Shown piece after piece: positions 12,359-24,203 of a stretch of 64,000 bases of DNA. Position 1 is the stretch's first letter, and each line of letters starts with the position of its first letter. The notes beneath the pieces are model-generated. The model was not told the DNA's origin and searched no databases. It saw only the letters and a program-made list of their open reading frames with translations. The translations under genes and the position numbers were made by a program. The DNA is from Octopus bimaculoides. Its lineage: Eukaryota. The stretch covers positions 112,680,271 to 112,744,270 of the forward strand of contig NC_068983.1 in the NCBI RefSeq assembly GCF_001194135.2, given 5' to 3'.

Positions 12359-12490
12359 AATTCACATCAGGCAAGATTTTGTATCAAACAATTTGTTATC
12401 AGGCAATTTGCATCAGGCACTTTGTATCAAGCAATTTGTATCTGGTAATTTGCATCAAGCTATTTATTTGTAACTGGCAGATTTCACCTG
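12359..12490. repeat. degenerate ~15-bp minisatellite (atttgtatcaggca-like)
   Basis: About eight diverged units: tttgtatcaaacaa, tttgttatcaggcaa, tttgcatcaggcac, tttgtatcaagcaa and others. Confidence 0.7.
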
Positions 12491-12553
12491 CTAGGAAACT
12501 CAAGTCAATAAGATTTAAGGATTCATCAATTTTACAATGTTGTCACATCTTAC

Positions 12554-12638
12554 AGAAGCAACAGTTAACATTTATGAAACCTATCTCAGTTAACTTGACT
12601 ATTGAGAACAAAATGTCAAAGCCATACACATCACTATA
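12554..12638 (-). CDS. coding exon of unidentified host gene (YSDVYGFDILFSIVKLTEIGFINVNCCF)
   Basis: gtactcttttag acceptor; phase 0 matches the end of exon 16766-16851. Donor is gtaaga at 12553, or alternatively gtttca at 12580. Confidence 0.45.
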
Positions 12639-13125
12639 CTAAAAGAGTACAAATCCCAAATTTTTAAGCAGATGTGTTCTGATCTATTCTGACCCAATCA
12701 TCTACATCTTCCATTGTTGTCTTCCAATCTGTATATATCCTGGTTTTACAATAGGCACTCCCTGACCTTGCTTGTCCTATGAGGTCACTAAAAGGTTTAA
12801 TGACAGGATGAGGGGCATCTGATCATGGAAATATGGATGTAAAATGGTGATCAACATATCTATATCATTCTAATAGAAAGCAAACCAAAATTAGCAGCCA
12901 AGTTTCCCTCAGACCACAATTTACCATTTTAAAAAGGTAGATATCATGATTTTAGATACATTATCCATAAAAAAGCATGGTCACAGATGGAATGTCTTTT
13001 GATCATAGATTGGCTGAGCAGATCTAGGGTTAAATATCAGTAACTTAATTGCATAAAATATATATTACAAAAATACAATCCTAAACGCTGCAATTCTGTA
13101 ATCCTTACGATTTTCTGTAATAATA

Positions 13126-13522
13126 TACTCTTTACTCACTACTCTTTTACTTGTTTCAGTCATTTGACTGTGGCCATGCTGGAGCACCGCCTTTTAGTCG
13201 AGCTAATCTACCCCAGGACTTATTCTTTGTAAGCCTAGTACTTATTCTATCGGTCTCTTTTGCCGAACGGCTAAGTTACGGGGACGTAAACACACCACCA
13301 TCGGTTGTCAAGCGATGTTGGGGGGACAAACACAGACACACATACATATACATATATACGACAGGCTTCTTTCAGTTTCCGTCTACCATATCCACTCAGA
13401 AGGCTTTGGTCGGCCCGAGGCTATAGTAGAAGGCACTTGCCCAAGATGCCACGCAGTGGGAATGAACCCGGAACCATGCGGTTGGTAAGCAAGCTACTTA
13501 CCACACAGCCACTCCTGCGCCT
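13126..13522 (-). mobile_element. full-length SINE family B (CORE-like, internal microsatellite)
   Basis: Head aggcgcaggagtggctgtgtggtaag...gggttcattccc, CORE-like catcttgggcaagtg, internal (at)/(gt) tract, tail gaaacaagtaaaagagta. Confidence 0.9.
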
Positions 13523-13776
13523 AGCCACAGACAATCTATATGCAGAAGAATATATTAATACATTTCAAAAGCTTTATGGCCTTAGATTATGGCTTAATGC
13601 ATGTTTCCACAGTATTAAACAGATGAAAGAGAAATGTTTCTCTACAGAAGGTATTCTTTTATTTGCAAGTAACTACAAATATCAGAACTGCTAGTTACTT
13701 GTTCTCGATGGCAAAATATTATTCTAAGTAGCATTTAGAATCTTAACCCCCCCAAAAAACAAAAACAAAGATACAT

Positions 13777-13928
13777 AGGCACAGGAATGGCTATGCTTCC
13801 CAACCACATGGTTCTGGGTTCAGTCCCACTGTGTGGCACCTTGGGCAAGTGTCTTCTACTATAGCCTTGGGCTGAACAAAGCCTTGTGAGTGGATTTGGT
13901 AGACGGAAACTGAAAGAAACCCATCGTA

Positions 13929-13971
<43 letters not shown>

Positions 13972-14193
13972 GTGTGTGTATATGTTTGTGTGTCTGTGTT
14001 TGTCCTCCAAAATCGCTCGACAACAGATGCTGGTGTGTTTAAGTCTCCATAACTTAGCAGTTCGGCAAAAGAAACTGATAAAATAAGTATTAAGCTTACG
14101 AACAATAAGTCTGGGGTCAATTTCTTCGACTAAAGGCAGTGCTCCAGCATGGCTGCAGTCAAATGACTGAAACAAGTAAAAGAGTAAAAGAGT
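13777..14193 (+). mobile_element. full-length SINE family B
   Basis: Same modules as 13126-13522, with a small head deletion and an expanded internal microsatellite. Confidence 0.9.
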
Positions 14194-14913
14194 TACCATT
14201 TCAAATGAGAAGGGCACATAATTCAGTCCTAGAAACATTGAAAACAGAAGCTAAAGGGGGAAAATAAATAGCAATTGTAAGAATTTTTGCCCAACAGCAT
14301 AGATTGTCCACTAAATCTGACATGCCTTATTGAATTGTTATTTCAAAAATCTATTTCACAACAGCTTGCACTGACATAGAGTCATAATACTACTAGCTAT
14401 TATTCTTCTATATTCTACATGATATTTATATGAAGAAGAATAATAAAAAAAAAATGCTTTTGTTATAAAGAGAATTAAGGAATTCATTTTAAAGTAGCAA
14501 ACTTTATTCCTACAGATCAACATCAGACTATTTCTCATCAAATTCGGAGCAGAAACCCCACCAGAGACTTTAGCTTTTAAATTCAGAGCTCTTCTTCTCC
14601 CAAGCTAAGGAGTTAGCATTCCTTCTAATCACACCAAACAGAATCGAATTGCTTTAGTATTTTTAATGGAAATACATAATATCACATATATTGAAAATCA
14701 ATGTTATATATCAGAAAATTCAGCTGATATTAAAGAAATGTATATAAAATTTCTATATTTGGGTCTAAGCAATATCTATTGATGTATGTTGGTAAGCATA
14801 ACAATCAATTTACTTATAAACCATTCATTTTGTTTATATTTTTCAGTTTTTTTTCTTTAACTTTCTCAGTAATCAATAACGTTTCTTCACGATATCTGAC
14901 CACTCTTCAAAAA

Positions 14914-14917
<4 letters not shown>

Positions 14918-14954
<37 letters not shown>

Positions 14955-15334
14955 TATCTTCACTCTTTCTCTCTCCGCACATATGTATATATATATATAT
15001 ATAAAATGTATGTAAATACACATAGACACAAATAAATGCATATGCATCAATATATGCAAGTATGAAAGGGAAAGGATGTGTATGTATGTGTATATGTATA
15101 AGTGAAATATAGATACACACACACACACACACGTGCACATGTGTGTGTGCGTGTGTATGATAGATCTTTTATGAAATATTCTTTTGTAATTTTTTTGCTT
15201 CTCAAATTTGTCAAGATAAACTATATTTAAGTTGTAATTTTCAGGAAAGAAAATAGCGAAACAGCTAAAAAAGATATTAAAACTTAATGGTAGGTGTATG
15301 TGCCTGAGTTTGTGAATATAATAGTAGGAAGAGA

Positions 15335-15382
<48 letters not shown>

Positions 15383-15420
15383 GAGAGAGAGAATGGGAGA
15401 AAGAGTGAGTGTGAGAGAGA
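14918..15420. repeat. cluster of (TA)n, (CA)n and (GA)n microsatellites
   Basis: Visible; explains ORF 14907-15632. Confidence 0.9.
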
Positions 15421-16765
15421 AGGAAGCAAATATGTGAGAGACTGAGACCAAGTGCGATAAAAATATAGAAAATATAAATATAAGAATTTAAATGCACAGA
15501 GAATGAGCACCAGTTGACAATGTAAAGAAATATGTATACAAAATAAATAAATAAATAAATAAATAGAATTGAAACAAATAGTTGTATATCAAATAAAGTA
15601 AAATCTGTAAGTGTGTGTAATATATAGAACATTATTATGTGTGAATACAGTTTGTGTTTGTGTATAGTTTTATCATTACTGAGAAGCTCTTGAGCTGATA
15701 AGTTCTTTTAGAGGTACTCAAGTAGAAGTATACTTTTTTTCCATGTGGTGGTCATCGATTTCTTCAATTTGCATCTTGGTGTGTGCTTCTATTGTTTCAT
15801 TATATTCTTCATTAAGTGTGATCATAATTGAAATGATGTTTCTTTCAGTATTCATAGTGAACAAGGATTAATGTTCCTGCACTGATTGTGTTAGATAGTT
15901 CCAGAGAGAAAATGTTCAACATCTACTTTTGCGAGTTCTTTGCAAGGGCTTCAGTAGGAGAGTAAAAAAGTTGCTAGGTTTTCCATCAAGGTAACACTCA
16001 ATGATATGCTCAGTATTTTTCGCTAAGCTGATTCAGATATTAAGGGCCTTTGGAGAAAGTGGCAGTATTTGTTTCATTTTTCCTTGTTGATGATGTTATA
16101 AGAATACATCTCTCAAATGTTTCCTGCATAAGCAGCTCATCATGTATGGTTCTATAAGCAAATTATGACAATGCTATACATGTATACATTGTATGAAAGC
16201 TCTTCTTTCTTGCCTGTAGTGATCTATTGTTGAATGTGTAGATAATAAAGGGGAATTTATGTGATAGGAAAATGTAACTCCATATTTTTTATCTAGGAAT
16301 TTAGGAACATCTTATCTTTCTTAAAGGGAACACCTTGTCATTCTTAAAGGAGTCATTGTTTATTCAAAAGCTGAAGAAGACCAATCAAGCACTCTATCCT
16401 TGGTGTTAATTCATTTATCAGTTTGCTGATAGTATATCAAGGACACATTCCTAAAGCAACCCATTACTGCTAGGGTTCATCCTTTAGCCTTTGATGTATA
16501 CAATCCAATCCAATAGAGAAGCTTCTTGCTTAGTATTCTTATATAGCCTTTGAAGTTACTGATTTCTTCTGTAATTTGGAAGTAGCCAAACCTAATATGC
16601 AGAAAAAGAGTCAAGAGGAATTCCAAGCAGTATCTCCAATGTAAAATCTGGATGCACAAAAGTAAGTTGACAGAGAAGGTTTTCTGAGAAGGAAGACTTT
16701 ATATGTAGTAGATGCATCAGAGAAGCTAGTAGTAGAAGCACTCACAAAATAAAATTCATTCATAC

Positions 16766-16851
16766 AGATTTCTTCTGTATATTAACCATCTGTTTTTGTC
16801 TTGGGAATGACTCTCCAAAGTCAAATAGGCAGTAATTTCCAAGAAGAAAAC
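16766..16851 (-). CDS. coding exon of unidentified host gene ((G)FLLGNYCLFDFGESFPRQKQMVNIQKKS)
   Basis: catcatttctcag acceptor and gtatga donor. The phase-1 start matches the end of exon 17440-17498. Confidence 0.55.
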
Positions 16852-17439
16852 CTGAGAAATGATGCAGTGAGATATATATCTTGTCATATTCATACCTGAT
16901 CTAGTTATTTTCCACTCTATGATTAAACAATCATTGTATTTCATATCTTACAGGAATGATGAAATAAGTAACAGACAATATAATTGGGGCAATATAATTA
17001 AATAAAATCTCTTCAGACGGTGCCATAGGTAAAAGAAGAATAAGAATACATATAAAAAGTATGAATAAATAAGAAATTTGCAACACAAAGAATTGTAATA
17101 GCAGGTACTAAAAAGCAATTATCTTTCAGAACTATATAAAAGATTATTTTTGTAAGAAATATATATATAGTGGAATGGAATATCAGTAACCAAATAAAAA
17201 AATAAGAGTACAATAAAAGACATTGATACCAACAAAATGATTCTTTTTGTTCTCATATGTATACTATTTTGTGTGGAGTTCACTTGCTTTTATCGAGCAA
17301 TATTGCTCCATTCATAGATCCTCTTGTCTGATATTGGAAGCCAATTACCAATAACTCAAAAGATCTGTCTCTCACTTCAAAGACACTGATGATAATAGGT
17401 GGAGTTTGAACTCAGTTTGCAAAGAGCCACAACACATAC

Positions 17440-17498
17440 CACAGAGTACTTCATCTGATACTTTAACAACTTCACCTTGGAGCAATATTTTATAAATT
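17440..17498 (-). CDS. coding exon of unidentified host gene ((R)IYKILLQGEVVKVSDEVLC)
   Basis: tttgttttacatccttttag acceptor, gtatgt donor, phase 2 to 1, compatible with both neighbouring exons. Confidence 0.65.
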
Positions 17499-18028
17499 CT
17501 AAAAGGATGTAAAACAAAGCTGACGATGGCCAGATGTGAACTCAGCATCCAGACAAGTGGAACAGATGCCACAATGCATTTTATCCAACTTTTTAATAAC
17601 TTAATCAATTCATCACTTATACTTATAATCGTTTCTAATATAAATGCAAGGACAGCAACCACGAGGAGAAAGGGTTAGTCAATACAGAATGATAAAACAC
17701 AGTGGGTATAGAAATTGGAATATAAAGAGCTAGAGCGAGGCATTTTTCCAATGATATGAAGATTTTATTCATCTACCATCCTCACCTTTTCTTAAAATAC
17801 ACATTATCATTATTACAAAATAATTAAAATCATACAGTAGTGCATGGCTGTTTAATAGTTTCAATGACTATCACCAATGGCAACACATAATCTCAAATCA
17901 AATCACAAGCCAAATGAGTGCAAGACATGAAAATAAATTTTATTCATCTTGTAAAAAAATTGAACTATAAATTAGTTAATATCTTTAAGATATGTAATTT
18001 TAATTATATTTCGATAAACAAGAGTTAC

Positions 18029-18165
18029 CTTTGATATTTTACCAACATGTTAATTAGTCTTGCAGAAAGCAAGTTTCTGCTAAAATTCACATTCTTAAAT
18101 ACATTTTCGAGATAAGAGTAATCTGTATTTCTAGATTTGTATAAATAAAACTGCTTTTGACCAGA
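18029..18165 (-). CDS. coding exon of unidentified host gene (SGQKQFYLYKSRNTDYSYLENVFKNVNFSRNLLSARLINMLVKYQ)
   Basis: 45 open codons in very AT-rich DNA, tttcag acceptor (alternative start 18173) and ag|gtaact donor in phase 2. Confidence 0.6.
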
Positions 18166-18221
18166 CTGAAAGACTGAAATTTATTTCTGTTCTTTACTTG
18201 AGAAATTGAAGAACATTCGTT

Positions 18222-18268
18222 CATACATACATACATACATACATACATACATACATACATACATACAT
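18222..18268. repeat. (CATA)n tetranucleotide microsatellite
   Basis: Directly visible. Confidence 0.95.
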
Positions 18269-21200
18269 TGATATTTTAAGATTTTGGTTTCACATACATA
18301 GGATACTAATAACCTGGTGGCATAATTCAGTATGCATATGCTTCAGCCCAAAGCATTAGTTGAGTACAGAGTTTACTCGTAATATGAAATTAAATAAATG
18401 ACAAAACAATGGGAATTATGTAATCAACTTTATTAACTTACTGCAGTTCCTGCTATATGTATATATATATATATATATATGCATTATATATGTGCTTGTG
18501 GGTATATGTGCAGGTGTGCATATGTGTGTGCATGTACCCTTGTCTTGATATTATGTGAAATTTATAAACAAGCTTGTCATATAATTGATGTTGTCCATTT
18601 CTGGTCTTCCTGTAAAACATATCTCACTATGAGGAAATGTTACTTTGCATGAAGACAGGTGAGGGTTAGTGATAGTAAAGGCAACTGGCTGTAGAAAATC
18701 TACCTCAACAAATTCTGTCTGATTCATGCAAGTTTGGAAAAGTGGATGTTAAAAATCAATGATGATGATGATGATGAATTCACTACTAAAAGAACATTCT
18801 TTACTCCTTAACATTAGACACAGATACTTCCACATTGACTTAAACGTGTTATCTGAGTTGTAACCCTATTAAAGCCCTTAAGACCAATCTCCTTATAGAA
18901 AGAAGCAGATGAATGAATGAATGAATGAATGAATGAAAAAGAGATTGCAAATAAAGTGAGATGAGAGAATTAATAATGATATAGAATAAGTAGAAATCTC
19001 CACAGCTGTCACTGACCAAACTGATTTCTCTTCAGAGAACTAAAAGCAGAAAACTAACAATAAAGTAATATTGCTTTAAACTCATTGAACACAAAATTAA
19101 TAGTCCTTTAGTATGGTTTTATTGCTGGAGTAATTTCTATGAGGCTATCTCAAAGTATACCAAAATGTAATTCCAAAGATTTGATGTCATGTCATTTTAA
19201 GATTATTTAAAAAATATTCTTATTAGAAATTTTAAACTGATTTCATTTATGAAAGAGTGTCACATGTGGCTTTAAGAATTTACTGAGCCCAAGCTCAAGA
19301 ATTTAAAACCCTGCTTTGGCCATTTTGCTGTGTTTGCCTTTCTAGCAAGAAGCATTAATTTACTTCATTTAATACCTTGAGATAAATGATACTGTATCAA
19401 TTAGTTCAAGATTGGTTTCATTGATAATTAAAACAACAGTAGCAAGAGTCATGGGGTAATATGTTAGTCTCCAGGAAACCAACACAGCAAGACAGGTTCA
19501 TTTTCTGATGAAAGCCAATTCCTTTCACTTACGTTGCTAATTATATCTTAGAGAAAGGTATGAATATAAGAATATCACAGAAACTATTTCTATTCATTCC
19601 TGTTTTTGTGATATTCAGGCCTGTTCTATTGTATTGCTTCAAGAGTAAGTAGGATTTGTCACCTTTATTCAGTATCTACTATAGAGCATAATCTTGATAA
19701 TCAATATCTTCTATAATATGAATGTTGGTATCTAAAGGATTCCATACTACAGGCATTTAAATCTGCTCTGAAAATAAGGAATATATCTCAGATGTAGATA
19801 TATCATTTTGATAAAATGATTTATCTCTGTTGCCATAGCTTTAACAAATTTTTGCTATCCATGAATCATTTTAATAAAAAAAAAAACTTTCATTATTTAC
19901 TCAGATGTCATATCATCGAGCTCTCCACAGTATATAATAAAATGAGTTTTCTTTAGCCAATGCTTTTCGTTTTTTGATCTGTTCAAGAGTTACGTCTCTT
20001 TTTTAACAAGTACTTATGATCTCAGAGATACTTTTTCATCCATTCTCATGGGTTATAATGCCACATTAGCTACAACTTAAAATTAATATTGATGAACAAG
20101 TAAATTCATTTACGTTAAGTATATAATATCTTTGCACACTTTTGTTACAAAATATTTAGCAAAATTGATAGGCATGACTCTCTTGATGGTTTTAATGTCA
20201 AACTTTGTTGCTGATACATTGGTTTTTAGAGAAAAATTTAATTTGTGTACAAAGCTATAAACTACATTGGAAAATATAAACTAACAAAGAAATATATGAA
20301 AACTCATTATGTGTTCTTTATAAACGCCAAGGAAAAATGAAGTTAGCAATATTGTTTTGATGAATGCCTGTGGGAAATAAATGTAGCATAAGTATAAAAT
20401 ATACAAGTCTCAACTTTCTTTAATTCTGGTGTCTGAGAATTTTTTTATAAGAATGTAAACATAATACAGTATTTTAAATTACCATGTGAACTACATTCTT
20501 TATTGGTGATTATTAAAATGATCAAACAAATTGTCAGGTCAGTGAATATTTGGTCTGAAGCAGCAAAAGCTAAATTTCAAGACAGTTTCCAAGGAACCAA
20601 TCATGGTTTGTTTAATTAGTGGTTGTACACTGGCTTCAAAGAATATAAATTTGCAATCCTCTATATTAAGAAATGTTTAGATATGGTAAGTATTAACAAG
20701 GGTGCTTATATTCCTCAAAACAAAATTGTAGATATACAGAGAAATACTAGTTTCTTCTAAAAATGATTGATATGTTTATCAGACAAGCTAGCTTCAAAGT
20801 ATAAAGTGGCCAAATCAAATTAAAGACATCTAGAATGCTAAATTATTTTACTAGAAGATTAATGGCCTCTTTTCCAAGGTAAAACTGACTTTCAGTGCAT
20901 GTGGTAGAGATTACAGACTATAATTGGTGAAAAGATTGAAATCACTTCACCAAGTAGAGATTCCTCTCTAGTAAATAAACTACCATAAAAACCCATGTAA
21001 TTTGTGCACATGTGTAATTTACACAGGTGATTTTCAGAATAAAAATTGTTAAAAAATGCTTCTACTCGTTTAAAATTCGCACCCAAAAGTTTTTAGAATT
21101 GCTTATATGGCCAGGGAGAAAATGTTTTCAATTTAGTTGTATTTAGCATAATTTCACTTATGATTAGATTTTATTAAATTTTCACTAAATAAAAATAATT

Positions 21201-22512
21201 TCTGTTTAACAGAAAGCTGTTAAATTACAAAGTGTTTGTGTTGTTTCTAATAAAATTTATATTACATTTCTTGCCTACAAGAGATTATGTTTGATCTTTA
21301 GCATACTTCTGTATGTCTTCTCAAATCACAGTCACAGTAAAAGTTGTTGATAATTATTATCAACAAAAACAAAGCTGATAAATATGTACAAGTGTTGCAA
21401 AATAAGTTTAATTACCAATAAACATCAGTTTGGATGACACTACTCAACCAACAGAGGAAGATGACTGATCAAACTGATTATGTAAACAGAATTCTGATTG
21501 CTTTAATGTGTCCTCTTGTCTCAAGCTCTGATTTTCTACCTTTTCTTGTCAGAACCTTTGATAGAGAGTATTGAAATTTTAATCCCTTTCAAATTTATAA
21601 AATGTCAAGCAAGCTTTAAAATTTGTTATTATTGTTTTAGCCAGGAGACCAAACTGATAGTTTGGTAACCCGCTAAAATAAATATTAAAACTCGAAAGGA
21701 GAAAATAAAAAGTTTTGCAAGTTTAACTCAGTGTTTATTGGACAAGAGAGGTGTGGAATTTTAGAAGCGACTTGTTAGAATATACATGTCTGTGAGGAGA
21801 CATAAACAAGAATAGCAAAAATCTACTATACCAAAAGAACTGGTAATACATACATTACAAGTATTCTATGAAGAGAATATAAGATTGCTGCATAATTCAA
21901 CATGAATGTAAAACATTAAATATCATATAAGGTAAATGAAGATTTCTATAGGAATGCTAAGTAATATTCATATAGTGAGTTTACATGTGCAAGGATAAAT
22001 TATGATGTCATTGTTGAAATTAGATGCAGTAAGATCTGAGAGTGGCAGTGAGGAATTTCATTGTGTTGTAACGTGGAGAAAGTCAGCAAATAGCTTCCTG
22101 GTGCAAATGCAAGTTAAACTCCCTAAGAGGAGAAAAACTGATCTATTTAACGAAATTGCTGGGTTCAGTTGTGATAGGCAGAAACTCCAAGCAATGTAAA
22201 ATATGACCCAGACCATGATTACCATAAAAAAAATTCAACTAATTGAGAATATTTTTGCATACATCATATTGCATGTTACCCCTTAACTCATTAAATGTCT
22301 TATTTTTTATTATATATATGCAGAAAGAAATTTTTTTCATTTTGTTACCACCAGACTGACAAAGACTATATATTTGCCACCATTAGTAAAAAGGCTATGT
22401 GTTTCCAGCCAACAGGTGTGATGTATTATCAAGTGGAATAGTAGGGATAAAACCAATAGTAACTTTATGCATTAACCAAGGATATACTACTCAATTACAT
22501 AGAATATACATA

Positions 22513-22925
22513 TGCAGGAGTGGCTGTGTGGTAAGTAGCTTGCTTACCAACCACATGGTTCCAGGTTCATTCCCACTGCGTGGCACCTTGGGCAAGTGTC
22601 TTCTACTATAGCCTCGGGCCTACCAAAGCCTTGTGAGTGGATTTGGTAGATGGAAACTGAAAGAAGCCCGTCGTATATATGTAGATATATATGAATATGT
22701 ATGTGTGTGTATATGTTTCTGTGTCTGTGTTTGTCCCCCCCAACATCGCTTGACAACCGATGCTGGTGTGTTTACGTCCCCGTAACTTAGTGGTTCGGCA
22801 AAAGAGACCAATAGAATAAGTATTAGGCTTCCAAAGACTAAGTCCTGGGGTCGATTTGCTCGACTAAAGGTGGTGCTCCAGCATGGCCGCAGTCAAATGA
22901 CTGAAACAAGTAAAAGAGTAAAAAG
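22513..22925 (+). mobile_element. full-length SINE family B
   Basis: gcaggagtggctgtgtggtaag head through to the aaacaagtaaaagagtaaaa tail. Confidence 0.9.
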
Positions 22926-22944
22926 GGTATACATGTGTCATTTA

Positions 22945-23160
22945 TTTTCTTTTACTTGTCTCAGTAATTTGACTGTAGCAACGCTGGAGCACTGCCTTTA
23001 GTCAGGCAAATCGACCCCAGGACTTATTCTTTGTAAGCCTGGTATTTATTCTATCAGTCTCTTTTGTCAAACCACTATATTACAGGGATGTAAACACACC
23101 AGTATCAGTTATCAAGTGATGTTTGGGAGGGGGGGGTGACAAACACTAAACACAAACATT
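22945..23160 (-). mobile_element. 3' half of SINE family B, tail-to-tail with 22513-22925
   Basis: tcttttacttgtctcagtaatttgactg...gacaaacac is the reverse complement of the 3' half of the adjacent copy; it runs into a microsatellite. Confidence 0.85.
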
Positions 23161-23175
23161 GACACACACGCACAC

Positions 23176-23221
<46 letters not shown>

Positions 23222-23250
23222 CAAAGATTGGGAGAAAGAAATAGAGAGAG

Positions 23251-23573
23251 AGTTCCCTTTGAGTATTGGGCCTCACAGAGGCAATGGCCAAGACCTTTAG
23301 CATTATGTTGTGTATGAGAAGACCCATCGAGCTGAGCAAAATCGCAGTCATGGCAGATACCGTTGTCATGCAAATGGCACCCATGCTGGTGGCATGTAAA
23401 AGCACCCAATACACTCTTGGAGTGGTTGGCATTGGGATGAGCATCCAGCCATAGAGAACCATGCCAAATTCTACTGGATCCTGGTGCAGCCTTCTGGCAT
23501 GTAAGCCCAGTCAAACCATCCAACCCATGCCAGCATGGACAATGGGCATTGACTGATGATGATGACGATGATG
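23251..23573 (+). mobile_element. retroposon family C with (GAT)n tail (SINE or LINE 3' end)
   Basis: gcatccagccatagagaaccatgcc...ccaacccatgccagcatggac...gatgatgatg; homologous to 55778-56236 on the minus strand. Confidence 0.7.
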
Positions 23574-24203
23574 CGTCAAAGTAAGTTACTCTGTGTCTCA
23601 GATAATTTAAGTCTTTGTCGTGCGTACATGTGTGTGTGTAACCTATGCATTCGTCTTTCACACATTCATATAACTGGAATGTTTAAACATTGTTGAAACA
23701 TATGATGTGCCTCGATTGCCAAGTGTTATAAGGAACATATTCATGCCTAGATAAATCTTGCCAGGATTAATAGTTTGAATTTTAAATCAAAGATCAAGAA
23801 AGAAGATGCATAAAACATATGTTAAATATGTTTTCTTACATGTAACAAAGATCCTAAAATTTCTAGTCACTAGGTAATCATGCATTGCATCATATCTTTC
23901 TTATTAGACACTGTTAGTATGACATAACCTGAAGCAAATTAAACTAAATTATATATTTTATGAAGCAAAATATTTTTTATAGATGAAAAAATAATTACAA
24001 TTTACAAGACATACATGGAATATATGTTTTTCTTTCCTCTTTTCTCTTTTTCCTTTCCTTTTTTTCTTCATAGATTTTTTTTTCTAACCATACAGCCATG
24101 AGTTCATAACAGAGTTGTTTTTGTCCTAAGTTATAGTGTTGAATATTTGTTTGATCGATTGTTACTGTTCAAATTGAAGCTTTTTTTCCCCATTGCAGGA
24201 AAA

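Noticed and set aside
15700-16700. Less AT-rich stretch resembling decayed coding DNA; 13-nt match gatttcttctgta with the end of exon 16766
   Set aside because: No recognisable RT or transposase motif; the short match is compatible with chance.
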